From Candidatus Aceula meridiana (lineage in GTDB: Bacteria > Omnitrophota > Gorgyraeia > Zapsychrales > Aceulaceae): a stretch of DNA of 64,000 nt. Shown here one piece after another: positions 28,443 to 37,018 of this stretch. The stretch covers positions 74,957 through 138,956 of the forward strand of contig JAVCDE010000033.1 of the NCBI GenBank assembly GCA_030765185.1, written 5' to 3'. The position numbers and the translations under genes are program-made. The notes beneath the pieces are model-generated. The model did not search any database and had not been told where the DNA came from. It was given only the letters and a program-made list of their open reading frames with translations. Position 1 is the stretch's first letter, and every line of letters begins with the position of its first letter.

Positions 28443-28996
28443 AGGGACAGCTCCTTAATCATATTTTTTTCGTCAGCCATTTTTATCAAACGTTTAAAAA
28501 CTTCAAAAGTCATCTGAACATCTGCCATCGCACGATGCGTTTGGTTTTCTTCGATGCCTAAGGCGTCGGCGACACGCCACAGAGGATAACGCCCTAAGCC
28601 TGGCATTACTTTTTTTGCCAAAGAAATAGTATCGACAGAGGCAAATTCTTTCTCTAGAGACAGTCCTGCCAAATCTACCTCATTATACAAAAATCCTAAA
28701 TCAAATCTGATGTTGTGCCCAACAATGGTCGCGTCAGATAAAAAATCAAGGAATCCCGGTAAAATTTGAGATGCCTTTGGTGCCCCAGAAAGCATTCCGG
28801 GGCTAATGCGGTTTACCTCAAAAGCGCCCGAGGAAATCGGTCGCATAGGATCTACAAGAGTCTGAAATTGATCAATCGTCTCTAAATTTCTTGTCTTGAC
28901 CGCGGCAAGCTCAACAATCCTGTCTCCGGAAGCAGGCGATAACCCCGTCGTCTCAACGTCAAAGATAACAAATTCTTTATCTAAAAAACTTTCCAT
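28439..28996 (-). CDS. DEDDh 3'-5' exonuclease (DnaQ/Pol III epsilon-like)
   Basis: 185 aa. Exo I motif FVIFDVETTGL, Exo II …IVGHNIRFDLGFL…, Exo III H…DV region. Confidence 0.75.
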   Translation of the reverse strand: MESFLDKEFVIFDVETTGLSPASGDRIVELAAVKTRNLETIDQFQTLVDPMRPISSGAFEVNRISPGMLSGAPKASQILPGFLDFLSDATIVGHNIRFDLGFLYNEVDLAGLSLEKEFASVDTISLAKKVMPGLGRYPLWRVADALGIEENQTHRAMADVQMTFEVFKRLIKMADEKNMIKELSL

Positions 28997-29000
28997 AAAC

Positions 29001-29420
29001 TTATTCTCCTATAAATTGCAAAACAATTTCACGCTTGCGAGCGCGGTTATCAAAATCTAAAAAAATAATTTGCTGCCAAGTGCCTAAAATAAGCTTGACC
29101 TTATCAAAAGGAATTGTCAAAGATGGGCCAACTAAAGAAGCCCTTAAACGCGAATGGCCATTTCCGTCGCCCCAGGCTTGATCGTGATGATAATTCCCTT
29201 TTGGGATTAATTTCTGGAAAATCTCTTTAAGGTCTTTTTCAAGACCCGGTTCAAACTCGCAGGTCGTCAAGGCTCCTGTCGAGCCGATAACGCTTATTGT
29301 CACAATGCCTTTTTTTAGTTTTGTTTTATCAAGCGAAAATTGAACATCAGAAGTGATGTCAAGAATATCCGTATTTCCTTGGGTGGAAAAATGTAAATAC
29401 TCGGTAATAACAGCCATCAA
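29001..29420 (-). CDS. YjbQ/UPF0047-family protein, copy 2
   Basis: 139 aa. Same conserved architecture as the 19281-19697 paralogue (…TCEFEPGLEKD…GNGHSRL…W Q.I.F.DFD…R.R). Confidence 0.7.
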   Translation of the reverse strand: MMAVITEYLHFSTQGNTDILDITSDVQFSLDKTKLKKGIVTISVIGSTGALTTCEFEPGLEKDLKEIFQKLIPKGNYHHDQAWGDGNGHSRLRASLVGPSLTIPFDKVKLILGTWQQIIFLDFDNRARKREIVLQFIGE

Positions 29421-29491
29421 TGAACTCCGATCTTGCAGAATCCGCTATTGTCTTATCGCGAATGACATAAATTTATCGCGCGAGTTTACCC

Positions 29492-29812
29492 CTACTTAAC
29501 TTTGCTGCCAAGCTTAATATTTTTATCAGGAGTTAGGACAGAGATGCCATTTTCATCTGAAGCAGCTAAGAGCATGCCGTTTGATTCTTCTCCGCGCAAA
29601 ACAACCGGCTCAAGATTATTGACAACCACAATTTTCCGTCCTAAAAGTGCTTCCTTGGCATAAGAGCCACGAATGCCGGCTACAATTTGCTTTTCTTCTT
29701 TTCCTGTATCAATCTTAAGAACATAGAGCTTATCTGCGTTGGGGTGGTCTTTAACTTCCTTAATTTGAGCCACAACAAACTCAAGCTTCTGAAAATCCTG
29801 AATTGTTATCAT
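29492..29812 (-). CDS. csaA: tRNA-binding domain protein (CsaA/Trbp111/EMAP-like)
   Basis: 106 aa. …VAQIKEVKDHPNADKLYVLKIDTGKE…QIVAGIR…VVVNNLEPVVLRGEESNGMLLAA… is the OB-fold tRNA-binding domain. Confidence 0.75.
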   Translation of the reverse strand: MITIQDFQKLEFVVAQIKEVKDHPNADKLYVLKIDTGKEEKQIVAGIRGSYAKEALLGRKIVVVNNLEPVVLRGEESNGMLLAASDENGISVLTPDKNIKLGSKVK

Positions 29813-30150
29813 TTGCTTCTTTTTCCTTTCTTAAAGAGCACATAGCTTGCGAGGCTGAAGGGAACGCCAAGTTATCTGTGCAAGTTAATACTTTTCATTT
29901 TCAATGAAAAGTATAAATTTATCTCTCCAGTATATAAATGAGGATGTAGTTTACGAAACGGAGTGCTCGCAAGCTACCTTGCCCGAATTTATCCCGCGCG
30001 CCAAGCGTGTCGGGGTTACTATTAATTAAGAATGGGATATTCTACCACAATCTTTTGGCAACGCAAAGGCTTACAGAGAAGGCATTAAGATTACACCCTT
30101 TTTTGTTGGAAGCCTAAATAAGGCCATGCTATACTATTTTTCAAAAGGAT

Positions 30151-31770
30151 GTGGTTTTTATGAAAAAAATATTTGTGCGAATCTTGCGCTATCAAAAGCC
30201 TCTTTTTTTATTACTTCTTATTATTGCTGCCGGTGCTATTTTTCTTCCTATTCATAATTTTCAGACTCCTATAGCCCAGGGGGACCATGGCCGAGACCTT
30301 TATGCATTCCAGCAAGTCTCAGAAGGGGCAGTGCCTTACCATGATTTTTGGTGGGTATATGGGCCCCTGACTCCTTATCTTTTTGCATTGATTTTTAAAA
30401 TCTTTGGGGCAAGCATTCAAGCTGCTATTGCCACTCAATTGGCTTTTAAAGTTTGCACGGCCATATTCTTCTACCTTGCCTTAATATGTTTTGCTTCGCC
30501 GATCTTTGCTTTTGCAGGGGCCTTATGGTTTCTAAAATTCCAACCAATATTTCCCCATACATACACTCATTCGTTAGGAATAACCACCTCCGTTGCGATG
30601 ATTTATTTTCTTTTTTGTTACCTTCAATTTTTTCAGAAGAAATATCTTTTTTTTGGATTAGTGGCAGGGTTCTTTCTTTTTTTTATGAAAATAAATTTTG
30701 GCATGGTTAATCTTGCAGCATTTAGTTCTAGTTTCTTAATCTTAAACTATGTCTTTAAAGAAACTCGTGCGCACCAAAAGACATATTTTCTAACTCTTTT
30801 TTCCGCTCTATTCCTTGTTGTTGCCATCCACTGGATTATTCTAAGAGGATTGCCTTTTTATGCCGTCCGCCAGTGCTTTCCTCTTCTTAATACCGACCAT
30901 CCTTACACGGCTTCAGTCTTAACTACTTTTTATGCATTTGTAAAAAACTCCTTATCTGTTGTTTCTAAAACTTGGATAAAACTATTCTTTTCTTCCTTAG
31001 TCTGCTTCTCCTTTGCCAATATCCTCCTTCAGAGTCCTACGACCAAGAAGGAAAAAGAACAAAAATTGAAAACCCTTATCGCCTTATCTTTCCTCGGAAT
31101 TTTCTTCATATTCAACCTTCATGAATTTCTTGTCAGTGGCGTACACTACCGCCTTATATGGGCAAAACCTTTTCAAATAATGCTTCTTTTCCTCGTTTTG
31201 GCGGCTGGTCAGAAGAATCTAAACAAACTGATTAAATCAGCTTTTCTTCTTGTTATTTTTTCCTTAATCACTATTAACCTCATCACCCAAAATAACATCG
31301 TCCGGTATGTTAAACAGCCTGCCTATCGTTTTAAAATTAATAAAACTGATATTTTTACGACAAACCCCCCTGAATGGACTTCAACAATCCGTCAAACAAC
31401 TTACTTTCTTAATGCACAACTTAAAAATAGCGAAACTTTTTTTGCCCTACCCTACGACCCAATATATTACTTCTTAACAAACAAAAAAAGTCCAACTCGC
31501 CAACTTATTTTCTTTGATCACATCAACATCCCTAAAGAACAAGAGATCAAAATTATTGCTGAACTAAACAATAAGGCAGTTAACTACGTTGTTCTCTCAA
31601 ACCGCTGCGATTCCAAAGAACATGGGCTTGGAACTTTTGGCAAAACCTACTGCCCTTTACTCGCGTCTTATATTTTTTCAAATTTTGAGCCGATTCGAAC
31701 CTTCGGGGACTGGACCAATGAGCCCGGATGGGCCTGGAACCATGGGACAAAAATTTTTAGAAGAAAATAA
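30151..31770 (+). CDS. Polytopic membrane protein, possibly a GT-C-type glycosyltransferase (ArnT/PMT/YfhO-like)
   Basis: 539 aa with at least 12 predicted TM helices and a short conserved-looking first loop (…QGDHGRDLYAFQ…). Family assignment is by overall architecture only. Confidence 0.35.
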   Translation: MVFMKKIFVRILRYQKPLFLLLLIIAAGAIFLPIHNFQTPIAQGDHGRDLYAFQQVSEGAVPYHDFWWVYGPLTPYLFALIFKIFGASIQAAIATQLAFKVCTAIFFYLALICFASPIFAFAGALWFLKFQPIFPHTYTHSLGITTSVAMIYFLFCYLQFFQKKYLFFGLVAGFFLFFMKINFGMVNLAAFSSSFLILNYVFKETRAHQKTYFLTLFSALFLVVAIHWIILRGLPFYAVRQCFPLLNTDHPYTASVLTTFYAFVKNSLSVVSKTWIKLFFSSLVCFSFANILLQSPTTKKEKEQKLKTLIALSFLGIFFIFNLHEFLVSGVHYRLIWAKPFQIMLLFLVLAAGQKNLNKLIKSAFLLVIFSLITINLITQNNIVRYVKQPAYRFKINKTDIFTTNPPEWTSTIRQTTYFLNAQLKNSETFFALPYDPIYYFLTNKKSPTRQLIFFDHINIPKEQEIKIIAELNNKAVNYVVLSNRCDSKEHGLGTFGKTYCPLLASYIFSNFEPIRTFGDWTNEPGWAWNHGTKIFRRK

Positions 31771-31847
31771 CACAGATTTGAAGTCTTCTCCCGACCTTCA
31801 GACTGCTTGTGCCCTTTAGGGGGCTCTGAGGCTGAAAAAATCACTTT

Positions 31848-31903
31848 CTAACTCATTGACACAAAACAAAAAGGCACACAACTTTTTAAGCTATGTGCCA
31901 AAT
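31848..31903. repeat. Dispersed intergenic repeat, copy A (~56 nt, contains an imperfect hairpin GGCACA…TGTGCC)
   Basis: CTAACTCATTGACACAAAACAAAAAGGCACACAACTTTTTAAGCTATGTGCCAAAT. About 85% identical to copy B at 61364-61419. Confidence 0.7.
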
Positions 31904-32017
31904 CAACGAAGATTTATCCTAAAAACTTCACGTCTTAGGACTGCCTCGCCTGCGCTCGGCTAGTACCAGGCCTGAAATGCCGTGGTATCTGTGCCAAGCG
32001 GATAGATAATAACTTAC

Positions 32018-32263
32018 CTATCCACCCTCTATTTCCTTTTCTGCTTCTAGCCAATCGTCCCAATCAGATCCGTGTGCACGGTCTCTCTCTTCATAGAGCT
32101 TATAGGCTCTTTCGGCAATTTTCTTACGGTTAGGCCGTCTCGAATCTTCAAAATCATCTGACTCTTTCTTAAACCCTCCCCTTTTTTTCTTAATATGATT
32201 TCTTTTCTTTTCCGATACTATGTCTTCCTCCATCTCGTTCTTTCTGCCCATCTGATCCTCCAT
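32018..32263 (-). CDS. DUF2934-family small charged protein
   Basis: 81 aa. C-terminal IAERAYKLYEERDRAHGSDWDDWLEAEKEI matches the IAxRAYxLWExRGxxHGxDxxDWxxAExEL signature. The N-terminus is K/E-rich. Confidence 0.5.
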   Translation of the reverse strand: MEDQMGRKNEMEEDIVSEKKRNHIKKKRGGFKKESDDFEDSRRPNRKKIAERAYKLYEERDRAHGSDWDDWLEAEKEIEGG

Positions 32264-32367
32264 TGTTTTTGATAAATTTGCCGCAGATAATTATAAATAA
32301 ACCTTATATATCCTTTTATTTCTTTACGCAAGCTGCCATCAAAAAAAATAGTCAATTACCCTTTCCG

Positions 32368-32964
32368 TTAAAAGACAAAACTATAGGTCACTATTCCGTC
32401 TAGTATCATCTGCGCCCCGATTGTGGCAACAATCAATCCTGTAATACGAATTAATGCTCCCATAAGATTAAAACGAATAAGAATATTGCTAATCATTCGT
32501 GTCTTTGTCATCAAGAATAAATTAATAGCAATGCCAAGGATGATGGCAAAAATTGTTGGCGCAAGCCCATACTGAGATGGAAAGGAAATCGCCGCGGTAA
32601 TCGTGGCTGGGCCTGCGATCATTGGGGAGGCCAAAGGAACAATCGAGGCATCCTCTAATTTCTGATTAGCCTCTGTCTCAAAAAAAAGCCCGCGGTTTAA
32701 AGCCTGCATCCCACGTAGCAAAAGAACCAATCCTCCAACCATCTGAAACGCATAAATATCAACATGAAAAACATATTTTAGAAAAAAATTACCTCCAAAG
32801 GTGAAGATAACCAAAATCGCCATAGCGATTAAAGATGCTTTGACAAGGATGCGGGTTAATCCCTTTTCATCCGACCCCTGTGAAATTGTATGAACGACAA
32901 ATATTTTACTTAAAGGATTAATAAGCGCCAAAAGCGCTAAGGTGCAATTTAAATAAACATTCAT
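32368..32964 (-). CDS. marC: MarC-family (UPF0056) integral membrane protein
   Basis: 198 aa, six TM segments. N-terminal …LALINPLSKIFVV… is typical of MarC. Confidence 0.75.
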   Translation of the reverse strand: MNVYLNCTLALLALINPLSKIFVVHTISQGSDEKGLTRILVKASLIAMAILVIFTFGGNFFLKYVFHVDIYAFQMVGGLVLLLRGMQALNRGLFFETEANQKLEDASIVPLASPMIAGPATITAAISFPSQYGLAPTIFAIILGIAINLFLMTKTRMISNILIRFNLMGALIRITGLIVATIGAQMILDGIVTYSFVF

Positions 32965-33046
32965 AAAAGTTCCTTATAATATATATCTTAAACATAGCCA
33001 TACTAATAAGCTTTTACGGAAAAATCAAGAAAAGATTTTCCCTATC

Positions 33047-34123
33047 TTAAAACCATTTTTTTCTCTTAAAAAATGCGAGCATCGTGCCCGTGGTCACTAA
33101 AATCACTGCCCAAAAAAATACATACCCGTATTTCCAGCTGAGTTCAGGCATATTAAAAGACGAGACATCAGTCTTAAAATTCATGCCATAAATCCCGGCA
33201 ATAAATGTCAAAGGAATAAAAATTGCAGCAAAAATAGTCAAAACTTTCATAATTTCATTCATTCGGTTGCTGACCGATGAAAGATAGATGTCGTGCATAC
33301 CCGAAAGCATATCACGAAAGGATTCTATGGTGTCCATAACCTGGATCGTGTGATCATACACATCTCTCAAATATATCCCTGTTTGTTTTTTTATTAACTT
33401 TGATTCATTTCTTTGCAACCCGCTAATAACTTCCCGCAGAGGCCAAATTTGTTTCTTTAAATAAATCATGTCCCGTTTGATTTGATGTATTTCTTGGGCA
33501 ATTTTATTATGCGGATTGAGAACGATGTCGTCTTCTAAATCTTCAAGCTCCTCACCTCTTTTTTCAAGAATGATATAATAATTATCAATAACCGAATCTA
33601 ATAATGTATAGGCTAAATAATCAGCCCCTGCCATCCTAACGCGTCCTTTGCTTTCGCGAATCCGTTGGCGAATAGGGTCAAAAACATCTCCTTCTTTTTC
33701 CTGTATGGAAATAACAAAATTAGAACCTAATACCAAGCTTATTTGCTCATCGATGATTTCATTTACTTTCTCATTAAAATAAATCATCTTAAGAACAATG
33801 AAAATATAATCACCGTAATCTTCCATTTTAGGCCTTTGCCCCAAGCTAACAATATCTTCAGAAACCAAAGGATGTACCCCAAAATGTTCATCAATTTTTT
33901 GAATTGTCTGCGGATCGATGCCAACGATATTGACCCACGTTACCGTAGAAGAATCTTTAAAAGGAAAACATTCCTCAACGCTTTTCACCTTCTTTTCCTG
34001 AAAATTCTTTGCATCATAGTCAAAAACCGTAATGGCAGTTTCTCTGACGATTTTTGCATCCTCGATAACTGTTCCAGGAGGCACTCCAATTGTTTTTGAA
34101 GCTTTCTTAAATAATTGAGGCAT
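33047..34123 (-). CDS. corA: CorA magnesium/cobalt transporter
   Basis: 358 aa. Cytoplasmic N-domain plus two C-terminal TM helices with the YGMNF signature (IYGMNFKTD). Confidence 0.85.
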   Translation of the reverse strand: MPQLFKKASKTIGVPPGTVIEDAKIVRETAITVFDYDAKNFQEKKVKSVEECFPFKDSSTVTWVNIVGIDPQTIQKIDEHFGVHPLVSEDIVSLGQRPKMEDYGDYIFIVLKMIYFNEKVNEIIDEQISLVLGSNFVISIQEKEGDVFDPIRQRIRESKGRVRMAGADYLAYTLLDSVIDNYYIILEKRGEELEDLEDDIVLNPHNKIAQEIHQIKRDMIYLKKQIWPLREVISGLQRNESKLIKKQTGIYLRDVYDHTIQVMDTIESFRDMLSGMHDIYLSSVSNRMNEIMKVLTIFAAIFIPLTFIAGIYGMNFKTDVSSFNMPELSWKYGYVFFWAVILVTTGTMLAFFKRKKWF

Positions 34124-34365
34124 AATTATTCTCCTTGGGTTTAATGATTAACGATACCAATCTACCATTTTTTATTCCGTAAGTTTATAAATTTTTATAT
34201 AATCTTCTCTTCCGGAAACTTTTCTACAACCGGCGTCATTTGCAAAGGCAATCATAAAGATGACCTGCTAACCCCTCCGAGGGCAACCGGTGTTTGTCCT
34301 ATATGGATAAACGGCGTATTAATCCAACTTATAAAATCTTTAAAAGTTATGCCCATTTATCCTCC

Positions 34366-34400
34366 CCTTGAAAAAGCTTTAGAATCGATATCTATTCTAA
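34366..34400 (-). terminator. Candidate intrinsic terminator overlapping the mscS stop codon
   Basis: Minus-strand TTAGAAT-AGATATCG-ATTCTAA hairpin (7-bp stem) followed by AGCTTTTTC. The stem is AT-rich, so the call is weak. Confidence 0.3.
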
Positions 34401-35228
34401 TTTTTGTTTTTTCACAACTTTTTTAACAAATTCAGAATTAGGAAAAATTATCTCTTGATTCCCATCGATAATCTTTGTCGAAGCCAAATCAATGGATTCT
34501 ATTTTACCTTTTAATGCTTCTATCTCGATTAAGTCTCCTTTTTCATAATCCTTTTTGATAAGACGTCCGGCAATTATACTCGTTATAATGTCACGGCCTC
34601 CCACAATGAAGAATATGCTAATAATCAAAGGAACAACTCCGAAAATAATGATAAAAGACTGTGCGATAATCGTGGTCGCCACATCAAGCTGTTCTAATGC
34701 TATCATTGCCGAAAGGCCAATAACAGAATAACCGGCCACTTTGCCTAATGCTTCATAAAATGGAATATTCGCTAGCTTTGAGGTCGCTGTTACAAATTGT
34801 CCCAAAAATCGGCTGATATATATGCCGAGAGACAGTAGCACCAAGGCAACAATAATGTTAGGCATATAAAGGGAGACTTTCTCAAGAAACTGGGAAGCAA
34901 CTTCAAGATTTAAAGCATTGAACACCATAATCAATGTACTAAAAATTACAAGCCAATAAAAACCTAGCCCGATGATTGATGAGGGATTTCTAGTGTATCC
35001 TCCCTTTTGTAAAAAGGCTTTTAAACCTGTTTTTTCCGACACAACATCAAACCCTGAAGCCTTAAGAATCTTTGCGATAATTTTTCTAATAATCACAGCA
35101 CAGATCCAACCAATGGAAAAAATAGCGATGGCAAAAACCAGCCTAGGAATAAATTCAGAAAAAAATTGATAACTTTGCTCTAAGGTTTTAACAACTAGAT
35201 TATTAAATATTTCTTGAAAACGTACCAT
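34392..35228 (-). CDS. MscS-family mechanosensitive channel
   Basis: 278 aa. N-terminal TM helices followed by the conserved pore-lining and beta-domain segment (…GDLIEIEALKGKIESIDLASTKI…). Confidence 0.65.
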   Translation of the reverse strand: MVRFQEIFNNLVVKTLEQSYQFFSEFIPRLVFAIAIFSIGWICAVIIRKIIAKILKASGFDVVSEKTGLKAFLQKGGYTRNPSSIIGLGFYWLVIFSTLIMVFNALNLEVASQFLEKVSLYMPNIIVALVLLSLGIYISRFLGQFVTATSKLANIPFYEALGKVAGYSVIGLSAMIALEQLDVATTIIAQSFIIIFGVVPLIISIFFIVGGRDIITSIIAGRLIKKDYEKGDLIEIEALKGKIESIDLASTKIIDGNQEIIFPNSEFVKKVVKKQKLE

Positions 35229-35242
35229 TTTCTTACCTCCAG

Positions 35243-36769
35243 TTAATCATCATTTTTAAAAAAATCTTTTAACTTTTTCAAAGGCTTTTCTAGAAACTTC
35301 TCCCATTTCTCAAAAACTTTTTCTATTTTATCTTCCGCTTTTTCAGCTATGACATCCGTGAATTGATCTGTCTTTTTAAAAATATTTTCGGTCCTTTTAA
35401 ACTCTACCATTAAAAAATCCGTTGAACTGGCAATTCCTGTTTGAGGATTAAGATCGTTTTTTAACTGCATAATAACGGCCATCGGTGTCGAAGCCGCCGG
35501 TTCGCTCACCTTGAGAATGAAAAATAATGTTATCGCCTGTATAGCTGCTGAAATCAAGAAAATTAAATGTAAATTAGAAATCTCATAAGAAAACAGCATT
35601 ACATGAAGATTTTCAAATATTTTCGAAAGCCATCCTCCGATAATTGGGGCAATCCCGCCGATGACACCGGTAATAGCCGCAAATAAAGCAAGATATACAG
35701 ACCTGCCTTCCCGGGGAGAAAGCTTGATGAGGATGTTAAATTGTGAAAGAGACACCCCCGCCATAAAGGCACCGGTTAATAAATGCGCTGCTAATATCGG
35801 CATGTAATAATTTTTGGGCAAGGCCACAATCCATAACAATGGTATGGCAGCGAGAATTAAACCGGATACGATAATAACCGGCTTGTTCCCTAGCTTGTCA
35901 GATATGGGTCCCCATATTTTCATCATAAATAATGTCGCCAACATCGCGAATGTCCCGAAGATAGTTATTGTTGAGAAATCGATTTTTAGAATATTGATCA
36001 TAAATACACCATAATAAGGTGCTGCCAGTTGAACGCCAAAAATCCAGCATGAAACATAAATAATAAGTGCAAGAAAGTTCTTATTCTTTAAAGGTTTTAA
36101 GAATAGTGAAAAATCCATTGAGCTTTTTTGCGTCTGCTTAAAAATTTCAACTTCTGGCACACGCATCAAAAACCACGTGGCGATCAATCCTGCTGCCAGG
36201 CCTAAAGAAAAAATTATTATATAGCTGTACGGACTTTCTTCACCGAACCGGCTTTCCCATAACGACAAAAATTTCCCGGCAGCAAGAATAACAACCGTTC
36301 CGCAGGCCGAAGCAATCATATTGCGTTTTCCAAAATACGTCCCCCTGGTGTTTTCCGGGACCAAATCGCTCATCCATGCAAGCCATGCAACTCCTGAAAG
36401 CGAACCCAACAAGCTTGATACTGCGATAACTGCCATCAACACAAAAACGCGCCAATCCGAAAAAGATGAAAAAATCGCTATCGGAAGAATAATAATAACA
36501 ACCCACAGCAACCGGCTTATAACGACACACATAAAACAAAGCATCTTCTTTTTTCCGGTTTTTTCTATTAAATAGGATCCAAAAATCTGAATAAGATTAG
36601 CCAGCATAGGTAGTGCAGCAAGAAATCCGATCTGCTCCGGCCTTGCTTTTAATATCTTTAAAGCAAAGCCCATAAGGAACATCCCTCCGGCAAGAGAGCC
36701 CATAATTGCCGAAAAGGCACCGTCTAGAATAGAAAAAGTTAACGCTTTGTTTTGAATTTTCTCATCCAT
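35243..36769 (-). CDS. MFS transporter
   Basis: 508 aa with 12 or more TM segments. An MFS-like GxxxDRxGRR-type loop (…EKTGKKKM…) follows TM2. The C-terminal ~80 aa is a hydrophilic tail. Confidence 0.65.
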   Translation of the reverse strand: MDEKIQNKALTFSILDGAFSAIMGSLAGGMFLMGFALKILKARPEQIGFLAALPMLANLIQIFGSYLIEKTGKKKMLCFMCVVISRLLWVVIIILPIAIFSSFSDWRVFVLMAVIAVSSLLGSLSGVAWLAWMSDLVPENTRGTYFGKRNMIASACGTVVILAAGKFLSLWESRFGEESPYSYIIIFSLGLAAGLIATWFLMRVPEVEIFKQTQKSSMDFSLFLKPLKNKNFLALIIYVSCWIFGVQLAAPYYGVFMINILKIDFSTITIFGTFAMLATLFMMKIWGPISDKLGNKPVIIVSGLILAAIPLLWIVALPKNYYMPILAAHLLTGAFMAGVSLSQFNILIKLSPREGRSVYLALFAAITGVIGGIAPIIGGWLSKIFENLHVMLFSYEISNLHLIFLISAAIQAITLFFILKVSEPAASTPMAVIMQLKNDLNPQTGIASSTDFLMVEFKRTENIFKKTDQFTDVIAEKAEDKIEKVFEKWEKFLEKPLKKLKDFFKNDD

Positions 36770-36820
36770 TGAAGAACTCCATAAATTTTAAAATTAGGCC
36801 TATCCCTCTTAATGCAAAAC

Positions 36821-37018
36821 CTATCGCCAGTCCCCGGACTTCTTCCCAACAAAAAACCCAATAACAACCCCAACAAGCATCACCAGCGGCAAAAGAATAA
36901 TCCTAGACATGCTTAACTTCCAAAATAAAAATTGTATTGATACAACTTGTGTATTTTGAAAAAAAATAATCGCAAAAATTATTCCGCTTATAAGCAATAT
37001 AACACTCTTAGGTTTCAT
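36821..37018 (-). CDS. Small 2-TM membrane protein, LapA/DUF1049-like
   Basis: 65 aa. …FFQNTQVVSIQFLFWKLSMS…LVMLVGVVIGFFVG resembles the lipopolysaccharide assembly protein A fold. Confidence 0.35.
   Translation of the reverse strand: MKPKSVILLISGIIFAIIFFQNTQVVSIQFLFWKLSMSRIILLPLVMLVGVVIGFFVGKKSGDWR

Noticed and set aside
31986-32003. The TGTGCCA(A/G)G motif reads TGGCAC on the opposite strand. It was considered as the -24 element of sigma-54 promoters.
   Set aside because: At the checked sites there was no TTGC/TTGCW -12 element at the required GG-N10-GC spacing (the best case gives N12). It is retained only as an unexplained repeat motif.
34124-34391. M-box (ykoK) Mg2+ riboswitch upstream of corA.
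   Set aside because: No match to the M-box consensus by eye. It is recorded only as a long-leader observation that needs an Infernal scan.
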